Shown here piece by piece: positions 38,328 to 48,104 of a stretch of DNA of 64,000 nt. The number at the start of each line of letters is the position of its first letter. Within the stretch, counting starts at the first letter, position 1. The position numbers and the translations under genes were made by a program. The DNA comes from an uncultured virus (IMG/VR IMGVR_UViG_3300028184_000121) (taxonomy: Duplodnaviria > Heunggongvirae > Uroviricota > Caudoviricetes), in IMG/VR virus record IMGVR_UViG_3300028184_000121, positions 1 through 64,000 of that record; one strand, 5' to 3'. The notes under the pieces are model-generated. The model was not told the DNA's origin. It ran no database searches and worked only from the letters and a program-made list of their open reading frames with translations.

Positions 38328-38864
38328 TTACCAGATTGGTTTAATTACATTCATAATCTCAGGATCAAATTCAAGAATAGCAAAGTGCGCTGTTAGTACA
38401 CCTAACTGATAATTATGTCGGTATAACTGTTTCGCAGAACCGTAATCAAAGTCTTTAATTTCGTCTGATGGTCCAGTAACAACTTGGATAATCATATGTG
38501 TAATATCTTGATCTGTTGCTTCAAATATAAATTCTCCCATTTCAGTTCTTGTGCAACGACCACTTACTCCCATAAAGTTTCCTGGATGGATACGAGTACG
38601 CTTTGTAAAGCTTAATGAATCTGGATGATGTCTCGTTGCAATTTCACTAAGGTCTTTAAATAGTTGGAATAGACCAAAATGCATATCTTTATTTTCTAAA
38701 ATGATTGTACCATCTAATCGAACTTCTTTAATTGCAGGTAAATCTATTTCTGCTAACCCATCGTTGATTGCTTGTGTGCTTACTGTAATCTTCACAGTAG
38801 GCATTCCGTATTCAGTTAAAACCTCGTCCATTGTTTCTGGTAAATTCTTAGTTTCGTTTGTCAT
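38328..38864 (-). CDS. Hypothetical protein
   Basis: ATG 38864 after GAGGAG; early-type motif upstream. Confidence 0.75.
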   Translation of the reverse strand: MTNETKNLPETMDEVLTEYGMPTVKITVSTQAINDGLAEIDLPAIKEVRLDGTIILENKDMHFGLFQLFKDLSEIATRHHPDSLSFTKRTRIHPGNFMGVSGRCTRTEMGEFIFEATDQDITHMIIQVVTGPSDEIKDFDYGSAKQLYRHNYQLGVLTAHFAILEFDPEIMNVIKPIW

Positions 38865-38954
38865 TTTTAAACACTCCTCAGTATAATTTAGAAGCATATA
38901 TTTTGTATATGCTCATTAATATAATGTATCTTTATATTACTTCTTGTTACGTTT

Positions 38955-39542
38955 TTAGCTTAATGTGATTTCATCCATTGGATGACCTGCTTTTACTCGT
39001 TTAATGAAATGAATTCGATTACAGCGCTTACCATCATAACGCTCTACGTTAGACTCACCGATTGTATATAATGTATCAATTTTATTTGTATTGTCGTATA
39101 CGTATACATAATCATCAAGGTCACCACCGTATTCAAATGCTGTATATGAATATATCTCATTTGAACCTGGTGTCATGGAGAATAAGATTTCATCATTCGC
39201 ATCAATTAGGTTACTACTTGATAACATGATGTATCCTCCATTTACACGAGATTGATCTTTACCGAATGTTTCAGCCATATCATAGATTGCTCGTCGAGCA
39301 ATACCACCTAGGTATAAAGCACATTCAAAAGCTTCATCGAAATCAAATGATTCACCATCATAAGAACCTTCAATGAAGAATCGACCCTTGCTAATAGTTA
39401 AAGAGTCAACTGTAATCTTTTGTGTTAAACGTTTAATATGATTAATTAAACTGATAATCTTATCCGAACTTAATTCCACATAAAGTGTTTTTGCAACACC
39501 GTTAAGTGTTATATCAAATGATTTTACATAAATAGCTGCCAT
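38955..39542 (-). CDS. Hypothetical protein
   Basis: ATG 39542 after GAGGGAG. Confidence 0.7.
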   Translation of the reverse strand: MAAIYVKSFDITLNGVAKTLYVELSSDKIISLINHIKRLTQKITVDSLTISKGRFFIEGSYDGESFDFDEAFECALYLGGIARRAIYDMAETFGKDQSRVNGGYIMLSSSNLIDANDEILFSMTPGSNEIYSYTAFEYGGDLDDYVYVYDNTNKIDTLYTIGESNVERYDGKRCNRIHFIKRVKAGHPMDEITLS

Positions 39543-39555
39543 TATATTCTCTCCC

Positions 39556-40098
39556 TCAATATATCCGAACGATTGCATAAGCGATAGTATGCTTTGGATA
39601 TTCTTCTTTTATATTGTAAAACACCGCTTCTAATCTTGGATCATCGAATATCAATTTCTCTAACGACCTTCGATTCAAATGAGTTCTAATAATACGATGT
39701 GTAGGATTCTCGGATGTCATGATAAATGTTCCACCTGATGATGAAACATATGGTTTCTTATAAGTGCCTTCAAACTCAAAGTATGTGAAACTTGTTGTTC
39801 GAATATCCTTTGGGTGAAGTATGACGGGAACGATTTTCCGTTCTTTCATATCACACTCAAATTTAGCTTTCAGGAAATCTTGTATAGAAGCAAAGCCAAT
39901 CTTTCGATCTACTTGCTTTCCGAATACAGCTGGGAAAGATTCTATTGCTCGAATCGTTCCTTCTTTTGTCCATTCGTCTAAGGTGATATGTCTTTCTCCC
40001 ATCCTCATCTGTAACCAGTCCACATCAAATAAAATCCGATCAACGTTATTTACTTTATAAATAACGGTCTTTCTTGCATTCGTATATAAGAGACTCAT
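39556..40098 (-). CDS. Hypothetical protein
   Basis: SD GGAGGT. Confidence 0.7.
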   Translation of the reverse strand: MSLLYTNARKTVIYKVNNVDRILFDVDWLQMRMGERHITLDEWTKEGTIRAIESFPAVFGKQVDRKIGFASIQDFLKAKFECDMKERKIVPVILHPKDIRTTSFTYFEFEGTYKKPYVSSSGGTFIMTSENPTHRIIRTHLNRRSLEKLIFDDPRLEAVFYNIKEEYPKHTIAYAIVRIY

Positions 40099-40124
40099 TT
40101 TGTAAACCTCCGTATTTTATTATA

Positions 40125-40619
40125 CTACTTAGCTATCTTGATAGATTGCTTTACATCAAATGCTGGGTTTAACCAAAGAATTGATTCACATTCCCAATAG
40201 AAGAATGGGTTATCATTAATCATGAATGATAGACTTTCTTGATACGTCATATCATACTTGATTATTTGTGGCGAATAATAAATGCCATCATAATCTTTAG
40301 CCAATTTTTCATAATCTAATAATACATCACTTATGGAGTAATGTTCAAGTAAACGTTCCATTTCTTTCTTTGTCACACATAAGAGTCTAGCATCTTCTCT
40401 TGGATGAATGACATGACCGTAGTGCTGGGTATTCTGCCAATATGGTGAACCGATATCTGTACAATATTGATACCACCATGAGTAATCTGTTTGCAGGAAA
40501 GTTGATGTCCAAAGTCCTCCTACCGGTTTATTTAACTTTATTTCGTTATTATCTATAGGTCTAATTTTATCCTTTGAAAATTCCATATCTTGTGTTATGA
40601 ATAACTGTGCTGTATTCAT
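40125..40619 (-). CDS. Hypothetical protein (NKPxGGLWTS...YDGI...WECES)
   Basis: SD GGAGGG; aromatic motifs suggest an enzyme fold. Confidence 0.7.
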   Translation of the reverse strand: MNTAQLFITQDMEFSKDKIRPIDNNEIKLNKPVGGLWTSTFLQTDYSWWYQYCTDIGSPYWQNTQHYGHVIHPREDARLLCVTKKEMERLLEHYSISDVLLDYEKLAKDYDGIYYSPQIIKYDMTYQESLSFMINDNPFFYWECESILWLNPAFDVKQSIKIAK

Positions 40620-40677
40620 GTGCTATCCCTCCAAAAATTATAATAGATAGAAGAGGATTATCTCCTCTTCTATACAT

Positions 40678-41187
40678 TTACATTAAGTCCATTCTGGGAA
40701 CATAGATATTTAGGATAAAATAATGTGAGTCAAATTCAGGAATTCCAGAACCAGACAAGTTATTCCATACATGTCGATGGATTGTAACGACATTCACTTT
40801 TGTTTCATCAAACTCAGGCTTAACGAAATCAAACGTTGTTTTACTTGGAATAAACATTCCGTGATGTTCTGTACTCTTACGAGTTCCAAATACTAATTCA
40901 TTACCGATTACGCATTGTCCAAACTCTTCAGTTCCTTCAGAACCTGATACTGAATTTGAACGATTATAGTTACGCAATGTCAGTGTGTTTTCAAATTCCT
41001 TTGGGTCACGAGTTACGTGTACCATGTAACCTAAACTTACATCGACAGTATCAATGATTTTCTTTAGGTATGTAGTAGAGATATCCCCTTCAGCTTTCTG
41101 AACGATTAACTCTAAAAGATTAATCTTCTGATTCTCTAACGCGATGTCCTTCATCATTTCTGGTCTAGCTACTGTTGTGATTGTCAT
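40678..41187 (-). CDS. Hypothetical protein, 'hYIP' paralog family
   Basis: VIGNELVFG; C-terminal LNIYVP; long structured leader. Confidence 0.75.
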   Translation of the reverse strand: MTITTVARPEMMKDIALENQKINLLELIVQKAEGDISTTYLKKIIDTVDVSLGYMVHVTRDPKEFENTLTLRNYNRSNSVSGSEGTEEFGQCVIGNELVFGTRKSTEHHGMFIPSKTTFDFVKPEFDETKVNVVTIHRHVWNNLSGSGIPEFDSHYFILNIYVPRMDLM

Positions 41188-41352
41188 TTCGGTTTCTCCT
41201 CCTGATAGTATGCTTTTTACATACTATGCTTATCTAATAGTTTTTCTATACCCTACTGTTTTTTACAGTATTGTATTTAAGACACATGATAGCATATGCT
41301 TTTTGTCCCTGCTATCCTGGGAAGCTTATTTATTTAACGAGTACTAACTATA

Positions 41353-41371
41353 CTCACAGATATAATGTATA
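41353..41371 (-). promoter_or_regulatory. Early-type promoter TATACATTATAtctGTGAG
   Basis: Recurrent motif. Confidence 0.65.
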
Positions 41372-41387
41372 GCCAAGGATACTGTTA

Positions 41388-41915
41388 TTACGATTTTATA
41401 TATGGGTCTGGTATCTGGTACGTCCTAGGTAAAATCATGTATACTGTCGGATAACCTTTCGATACAGTTTCTCCACAACGTTCAATTCCCAAATCCATAA
41501 AGAGTTCTTCCGCTAAGAATACAGCGTTTAAATCCATAATATCACTTACTCGTAATTCTTCAGGTGCTACACAATCTAAGTAAGTTGTAAACTTTACTAA
41601 CATAAACGCACCATTTTTATTTATATCAAATACTACTGGTACTCCATCATAAGAGTAACCTAATAGTCCACAATTTCCATATAAAATATATTCCACTTCA
41701 TATAGCGGATTCAACTTGAACCGTTCCCAAGTATCAATCATTCCTGTTGCATGAGCAAGAGATTTAAGTAATTTGTCTCCTTGCTTATGACGTTCTTTTG
41801 CATTAAGGTCTTTTGATATTAAATCCCTTAAAGCTTCTCTTTTATAATAAATAGTAAGTTTGTCGGGTGACGGCATTGTCACTCCTGAAGCTCCAAATGC
41901 TCTCATAATTTCCAT
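41388..41915 (-). CDS. Hypothetical protein
   Basis: ORF; C-terminal GYPTVYMILP resembles GYPTLYVVVP of 55360-56403. Confidence 0.7.
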   Translation of the reverse strand: MEIMRAFGASGVTMPSPDKLTIYYKREALRDLISKDLNAKERHKQGDKLLKSLAHATGMIDTWERFKLNPLYEVEYILYGNCGLLGYSYDGVPVVFDINKNGAFMLVKFTTYLDCVAPEELRVSDIMDLNAVFLAEELFMDLGIERCGETVSKGYPTVYMILPRTYQIPDPYIKS

Positions 41916-41959
41916 TCCTCCTACAAAAAAATAAGTACATCCCGAGTGGGATGTACCTT

Positions 41960-44632
41960 CTAATACTCATATACTATGTTCTTCTCTTTGTAATTGTCCA
42001 GTTGATGCTTATACAATAGTACAAGCCCGGCATCTTTAGTAGAGAATGCATCATTATGTGAGATGATATGACATTGACCTGTATCCATCTTCTCTAATAA
42101 CTCTAAGAATAATCGACGATGATACTTATCTAATGTCGCATCTAACTCATCTACTAGCATGATATCATAACTACTAGACGCTTGTGTCGATAATGCATAA
42201 CATAAGGCAAGACCGATAATCGCTTTCTCACCTGAAGAACACGTGCTAATATCTCCGTTCTTCTCTCCCTTACCTGAGCAAGGAATACGGAACTCTTTCT
42301 CATTAATCTCAAACTTATCTAACTTCAGTTTTCCATCAAATGCTTTCTCTAGTATCTTATTTGCAATAACCCGAGTCTTACGTAAATACATATCTACGAA
42401 TACAATCGGGATACCTTTATTACCAGATAAAGCTGTACGTAGTAATTCAATCTCCACATAGTCTTTCTCTAAAGCATCTTTCTCTTTCTTAAATCGTTTT
42501 GCCATCTTCTCTTTGATTTTAAGTTTATCCCGACGTTTATTTAATTCAGAGATAGAGAAGTCTATTGGAGCTATCGCTTCTCGATTGGTTTGAATCCCAA
42601 TACGACAAGCATGAATCTTATTAATTGAATCCGTATACTTTACAATACTTGATTCAATCTTTCTTTTCTCTTGTATCATTTCTTCCTTCTCTTCTAAGGT
42701 ACTCATCATTGTTTCAATACCTTGTGTGAGAAGTTGATTCTGATGTAAACGTCTTTCTGAAGTATTTGTCGTATCTTTCAATACTTTAATCTCATCTTGT
42801 AGACGTTGCGATTGTTTCTCTAATAAATTGATATTCATCTTCAGAGATTGTACCATTCTATCATTAGATTCTAGTAGCTCTAACTCTTTCTCTAACATAG
42901 GTACTTTCTCTTCATATGTTTTCATTTCTTTTAATGTGTCTGCATCCTCAATCTCTTGTATCATCATCTCTTTATTATATAAAGGCTTACCAGTCTTTAC
43001 GCATTTGATAAGATGATCTTTATCTAATAGATGGGGATTACGCGTTTGATTAATCATATGGGCTTGACGTCCTAATTGTACATGAAGTTGTTTAATAGTT
43101 CGCTCCATCTCAATACATTCTCCAACCCATGTAAGTTCTTGCTCTAGTCGTTCTATTTCATGATTTAGTTCGTCTTGACGACGCTCATTGGCATGATAAG
43201 CTTCAATTAAATGCATAGAAGACAACGCCTCTTGTATAAACGGACAGGTGTCAATCTTACATTCTTTTGGACGAAGCTGTAATGTATTTGCTAGTGTAAC
43301 GGCACCTTTATTCTCTGCCAGCTTACGTTCTATATCAGCTAAATCCTTCTCAGCTCTTTCTAATGCTGAGCTAGAATATAAATACATTTGTTGTAATTCA
43401 CTCATTGGTTTTGTACCAACTAGATTGATGACATTCTCACCACGTTGACGCATCGCATCAATACTATCTTGAATCGAGTCAACTGTTCCATAGATAGACT
43501 TAATCTCTTGTGATGATAATGTCGGTTCATCAATCATGATTCGAATACGATGTTGTAAGTTATCGTATGCTTTCTTATATTGTCTATATACACTACGAGT
43601 CTCTTCTAAGTTATAATCGTTCATAGAGAATAACTGAGATTGATAATCTGTAATCTGGTTCTGAATTGTATGGAACTCTTCCAGCTTACTATTTAAGATA
43701 CTCGTTTCTCTTTCAATTGATTCTTGATCTAACGCAATAGACTTATTCAATGAAGTTAGTTTCTTCTGTGCATCCTGTAAGGATTCTGCACGATATACAC
43801 TTTGACCCTCAATGATTTCTAAGTCCTTAATTGAACTATCGATTAGACGTAACTCCGTTACGAGCTTATTATACTCACTTTCTAGTATCCCATTCGGGTC
43901 TAATGCTGCTATAGCTCCTACAGCGTTATTCATTTGAGCATGGAACTTATCTCGTTCTATTTGTAACTGCTCTAACTTACGTTCAGCTATCTCAATATCT
44001 TCTTGTAGGATAGATATATCATCTAGCTTATTTAACTTATCCGTTAAGTTCTTGATAACCCCTTTATACTCTCGGGCTTTTGTATTAATGTTTTTAAACA
44101 TCTTCAAATAGATATCAGCTTCTGAAATAAATTGACTAATATATTTCTTACGTTCAGTTGCTGACATTCCAATGATATTCTTTAAGTTAACACCCATCTG
44201 AATTAGGTTCAAGTAATCACTATTAATTCCTAATTCCATGAAGACACATTCTTCAAAAGATGTTACATTACCATTCTCATTTAATTCAACTGGGTCTGCA
44301 AATCCAATCTGTTTTGCAATGAAACTCTTCGTTGAATGTTTATCCCCTTTTGCATCAAAGTAATGCTTAATCAGGTACGTAGTATTTTCGTCCTTACTGA
44401 TATGGATTTCTTTATATCCATTCTTCCCTGGACGTATAAATCGCATGTGAGACCCACCAGCTTTTGCGAATGGTTGAATCTCATTCTGAATGGTAGATTT
44501 TCCACTACCATTGGCTCCAGCATAAATATAAAACTTATGCTCACTCTTGGTGAAATCTATCTCAATAGACTTCAGTCCCATTCCATTATAAATACCTATA
44601 TAGTTCTTTAGTTTTAAATAAAGGACTTTCAT
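41960..44632 (-). CDS. sbcC: SbcC/Rad50-like (T4 gp46-like) SMC ATPase
   Basis: LKLKNY start, GANGSGKS Walker A, long coiled coil with central CKIDTCP hook, CSSGE signature, LVDELDATLD Walker B/D-loop, ISH. Confidence 0.9.
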   Translation of the reverse strand: MKVLYLKLKNYIGIYNGMGLKSIEIDFTKSEHKFYIYAGANGSGKSTIQNEIQPFAKAGGSHMRFIRPGKNGYKEIHISKDENTTYLIKHYFDAKGDKHSTKSFIAKQIGFADPVELNENGNVTSFEECVFMELGINSDYLNLIQMGVNLKNIIGMSATERKKYISQFISEADIYLKMFKNINTKAREYKGVIKNLTDKLNKLDDISILQEDIEIAERKLEQLQIERDKFHAQMNNAVGAIAALDPNGILESEYNKLVTELRLIDSSIKDLEIIEGQSVYRAESLQDAQKKLTSLNKSIALDQESIERETSILNSKLEEFHTIQNQITDYQSQLFSMNDYNLEETRSVYRQYKKAYDNLQHRIRIMIDEPTLSSQEIKSIYGTVDSIQDSIDAMRQRGENVINLVGTKPMSELQQMYLYSSSALERAEKDLADIERKLAENKGAVTLANTLQLRPKECKIDTCPFIQEALSSMHLIEAYHANERRQDELNHEIERLEQELTWVGECIEMERTIKQLHVQLGRQAHMINQTRNPHLLDKDHLIKCVKTGKPLYNKEMMIQEIEDADTLKEMKTYEEKVPMLEKELELLESNDRMVQSLKMNINLLEKQSQRLQDEIKVLKDTTNTSERRLHQNQLLTQGIETMMSTLEEKEEMIQEKRKIESSIVKYTDSINKIHACRIGIQTNREAIAPIDFSISELNKRRDKLKIKEKMAKRFKKEKDALEKDYVEIELLRTALSGNKGIPIVFVDMYLRKTRVIANKILEKAFDGKLKLDKFEINEKEFRIPCSGKGEKNGDISTCSSGEKAIIGLALCYALSTQASSSYDIMLVDELDATLDKYHRRLFLELLEKMDTGQCHIISHNDAFSTKDAGLVLLYKHQLDNYKEKNIVYEY

Positions 44633-44709
44633 ATAATCTCTCCCTGTATCTTATTAATACATTGTCGTAAGTTTAATCAAAAAATAAAAGAGTAGGAATA
44701 TCCTACTCT

Positions 44710-45462
44710 TTATACTGACGCCTTATAGCGTTTTGTTGCACGATTCACATAATCTATCGCCAATCGAATAGATGCTTCTGCTGGTTGCCAATCGATTGGG
44801 AACTTACGGTAACGTTGTTTCTCTTTCTTTCCAGTACAATCGGTAACGACTGCGGTAATACATTGTGTATGCTCATCAAACTGGATACATTTATAATATG
44901 TATTGAAATGTTCTTCACCTTTATAAGCACCGATAGTCATTAACAATTCTCTGAACGCATCTCGACTTTTCTTCTCTACAACATTCTTTCTACGTAAGTC
45001 TAATACATTCCCATTGACAAATCCGTATGTATCTTCTGGGAAATCTTGATCAGCGCTACGAGAAGCATGAGCATCCCAATTATCATCTGTTAACACTTTT
45101 ACAATCGGAGTTTTTCTGGCTACATTATTTGTAGACTTTGTAATAACTGCATCGATTGCTTTTCCTGTAGAAGTTGTATTAACACGTACAAAGAAATTCT
45201 TCAAGATAGGTTGCATATCTTTATCAATCAGTACGTCATAATAATGGTCAACCATTGCTACATATACTCGAATGATATAATGATCATCTTTCTCAATATA
45301 TAAGTTATTGTAAAGAAATTTGTCTTTGATACTCTTATCGATAATCTCTTCAAATAAGTTTCCAAAGAATTTACGTGCGTAAGTTTTCGTCACCTCTCCC
45401 TGAATTAGCTTTACACTGTTAGTTCCTGTTTTAGGTAGTTTCTTAGTAATTTGCATAGTCAT
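44710..45462 (-). CDS. Degenerate HNH(-AP2)-like DNA-binding protein
   Basis: VLIDKD then GFVNGNVLDLRRKNV, resembling DHINGNxLDNRxxNL with His and Asn substituted. Confidence 0.45.
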   Translation of the reverse strand: MTMQITKKLPKTGTNSVKLIQGEVTKTYARKFFGNLFEEIIDKSIKDKFLYNNLYIEKDDHYIIRVYVAMVDHYYDVLIDKDMQPILKNFFVRVNTTSTGKAIDAVITKSTNNVARKTPIVKVLTDDNWDAHASRSADQDFPEDTYGFVNGNVLDLRRKNVVEKKSRDAFRELLMTIGAYKGEEHFNTYYKCIQFDEHTQCITAVVTDCTGKKEKQRYRKFPIDWQPAEASIRLAIDYVNRATKRYKASV

Positions 45463-45515
45463 TGTTATTTCCCCTTTTTCTATATGTAATTTACGTTAAT
45501 AAAACAGCTAGAGGA

Positions 45516-47276
45516 TTAATCCTCTAGCCGTGTTGCTTTCACTTTTCTTGCTTTTGGTTTTGTCTTGACCCTAGCTGGGTCAACTCGAACTACTTTTGCA
45601 ATTCGTAGTTTATCATCCACATCTAATATATTATATCCTTTGTTATACTCATCGTTACGGATGAAGTAATGGACATCTTCTAGACGTTCTACCATCTTAC
45701 GAGATTTCTTCTCTTGTTGATAGAAGTAGTCAAGACCTTTAATTTCATATTGTTTTCCTTCAAAGTGGTTCGCATATAATTTCTTATAGTTTGCTAACCA
45801 ATTATCCGGTTCAGGCGTATCATCAAAGTACATTCCGAAGTTCTCCATGAACGGTGTAAATACGCCACCCATACCTGGATCAGATGAACCTGATGTATTA
45901 ATGTCGAGTCGTCCAACGTGTGATGGATGTACTCCGCGATACTTTATGTTTACAGCATTGCTACTATGCTCACCAAGTGAACCAGGACCCTTCGTTGAAT
46001 ACTTCAACGCTGTAAAGAAGTCCATGTCATTCACAGTGTTATCATAGCGCAGTAAGCTGGATTTACTTTTGTGTAACTGTTTGATTAACTCATCTGGTGG
46101 GAATGTTAAGAGTCCCACTAAGTCAGCCATTGTTACTGCATTACGTTTACGGCTTAATAACATATTTACTTTCGTAGATAGTTTACGAATAAAGTAGAAT
46201 GCAATGTACTCAGCCATACGAATACGTTTGTTTGCTAAGTCCATATTATCCTTAGCTTTCAACTCAGAGAAGTTACATAGTAACCATCTAATTAATGCAT
46301 AGATGTTTTCTTTGTTGAATGGTTGTAGCTTCAGACTCTTACGAGTCGTGTTATCCAATAGACGATAGAACGAAAGTAATACATTCTTTCCTTTCTCTAA
46401 CTGTCCATTGGTATTCTTTGCGAACTCAGCACCTAATGAAGTGACCCAATAATCAACATCTTCTAATTGATGGAATTCTGTCTTCTTACATAACTCGTGT
46501 AACGCATATACCATTGACTGAACGAAGTGATCGTTGTCAAATAAGTATTTTACTACTTTTACGTATACATGGTTACACTTGAAATAATGATGTTCTTCAT
46601 CATCCCAGTTTGGTTCAGCAACTACATCGATAGCATCCTCTACATTCATGAAGCGTAATGTATTCTCTAATCCCATTGTTGCTAAATAGTATAGGACAGC
46701 ATTACATTTCTTCTTGAAGATACATAATGTATAATGTGGAACCTGGAATGAATCTCCTGCTATAGAGTTCAGTTTTCCTGTGTTCCGTTTAATAATAATT
46801 GGCATGTACATTGTTTTCAATGTCACGTAATCCTTATTATTATAGGTACTACTATCTACAATCTGATAGATTGGATAGAACTTATTCCCACTCATCATCA
46901 GATAGTATTTCTTATATTGCTTCAATAACAGAAGTTCTACTTGCTTATACTGAACTTCATTGTTTAGCGTTAACTTAAAGTTTACACGAAGCATATTGTA
47001 ACGAGTCACATCAATATTGATGTGCTTTTTGATATTCTTTCCTTTGCTTTTCTTAGACTTTAAATACTTCTCATTAACAACATCTGTATCGAACTGAGAC
47101 TCATGCTCAATGTAGTCATAGTCTAGCATTTTGATGTTATTAATTACTTCTAGTGATTTAAATGCATCTAAGATATAATCAACCAGAGGTTCATTTCTCA
47201 TCCCGTAGATTAACTCTTCATTGATTCTCTTTCTGTTGGGATTCTCATACTGTGATATAAATTTTGAAAAACTCAT
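45516..47276 (-). CDS. rpoB: Phage multisubunit RNA polymerase beta subunit, N-terminal half
   Basis: DLANKRIR, GPGSL, RGVHPSHVGRLD..TS..SDPGM (compare RDVHPTHYGR); ATG 47276 after GGGGAG. Confidence 0.88.
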   Translation of the reverse strand: MSFSKFISQYENPNRKRINEELIYGMRNEPLVDYILDAFKSLEVINNIKMLDYDYIEHESQFDTDVVNEKYLKSKKSKGKNIKKHINIDVTRYNMLRVNFKLTLNNEVQYKQVELLLLKQYKKYYLMMSGNKFYPIYQIVDSSTYNNKDYVTLKTMYMPIIIKRNTGKLNSIAGDSFQVPHYTLCIFKKKCNAVLYYLATMGLENTLRFMNVEDAIDVVAEPNWDDEEHHYFKCNHVYVKVVKYLFDNDHFVQSMVYALHELCKKTEFHQLEDVDYWVTSLGAEFAKNTNGQLEKGKNVLLSFYRLLDNTTRKSLKLQPFNKENIYALIRWLLCNFSELKAKDNMDLANKRIRMAEYIAFYFIRKLSTKVNMLLSRKRNAVTMADLVGLLTFPPDELIKQLHKSKSSLLRYDNTVNDMDFFTALKYSTKGPGSLGEHSSNAVNIKYRGVHPSHVGRLDINTSGSSDPGMGGVFTPFMENFGMYFDDTPEPDNWLANYKKLYANHFEGKQYEIKGLDYFYQQEKKSRKMVERLEDVHYFIRNDEYNKGYNILDVDDKLRIAKVVRVDPARVKTKPKARKVKATRLED

Positions 47277-47310
47277 GTTACTCCCCCTCGTGGCTTTCTG
47301 TAGTGACAAT

Positions 47311-47347
47311 AAAAAAATAAGTAGCGGTAACCTCTCGGTCACCGCTA
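47311..47347 (-). terminator. Intrinsic terminator just upstream of beta-N gene
   Basis: TAGCGGTGACC-GAGA-GGTTACCGCTA + TTATTTTTTT on minus strand. Confidence 0.8.
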
Positions 47348-47363
47348 TATTGTAAGCTCACGC

Positions 47364-47693
47364 TTATTCTTCGTCAGATTCTTCTAACTCTTCTAGTTGA
47401 GCATCTGATTTAATACGTTTCTTGATCTCAGCATGAGCTGTGATTCCGATAACGATTTCATCTTCCTGTTTAACACCTTTGAACTCGATGTAGTCAGCAA
47501 GTTTAACTACTACTGATGCTCCATTTTCAGCATCTTTTAATTCTTCGCCGATTACAGTACCAACGTATTGGTAGTAACCTTTCACAGTATCTTCAACGAA
47601 TGATGCGTCTTCGAAACGTACACGCATGTTGTCCTCGATGAATTGTGTTTGTCCTTCAAAGAATTTCTTGTCCATTTTAATTGTTTTAGCCAT
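47364..47693 (-). CDS. Acidic HU/IHF-fold-like small protein A
   Basis: Helix-helix-beta pattern, VVKLADYIEF, IGITAHAEIKKRIK; paralog of next gene. Confidence 0.45.
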   Translation of the reverse strand: MAKTIKMDKKFFEGQTQFIEDNMRVRFEDASFVEDTVKGYYQYVGTVIGEELKDAENGASVVVKLADYIEFKGVKQEDEIVIGITAHAEIKKRIKSDAQLEELEESDEE

Positions 47694-47757
47694 TGTAATT
47701 TCCTCCAGTATATTGGTTAGTTTATTTTAATAGTAATACGTTTACTACAATTTATAA

Positions 47758-48066
47758 TTAAGCTTCGTTTGCTAATTCAACTAATTCTTCACCAGCAGTA
47801 ATACCAATACCGAAGTTACCTTCAGACTCATCTGCACCTGCACGATAAGAAGCTTGGTATGTAACTAATCCATCTAATTCTAAAGCTACTGGTTCTTCTT
47901 CATTTTTATTTGCTCCAAGTACTTCACCAGCATATTGGTGGTTACCTTTAACAACCATTTCTAATAAATCTAAATCTTCAGGATCATAGTCAACTCCATT
48001 GTTTTCTACTAGGAAAGCTGAAAGTCCTTTGAAGAATTCTTCGTTCATTTCGATTGTTTTAGTCAT
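47758..48066 (-). CDS. Acidic HU/IHF-fold-like small protein B
   Basis: MTKTIEMNEEFFKG vs MAKTIKMDKKFFEG; LELDGLVTY; IGITAGEELVELAN. Confidence 0.45.
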   Translation of the reverse strand: MTKTIEMNEEFFKGLSAFLVENNGVDYDPEDLDLLEMVVKGNHQYAGEVLGANKNEEEPVALELDGLVTYQASYRAGADESEGNFGIGITAGEELVELANEA

Positions 48067-48104
48067 TTTAATTTCCTCCAATTAAGTTAAGTATATTTTT
48101 CCTA

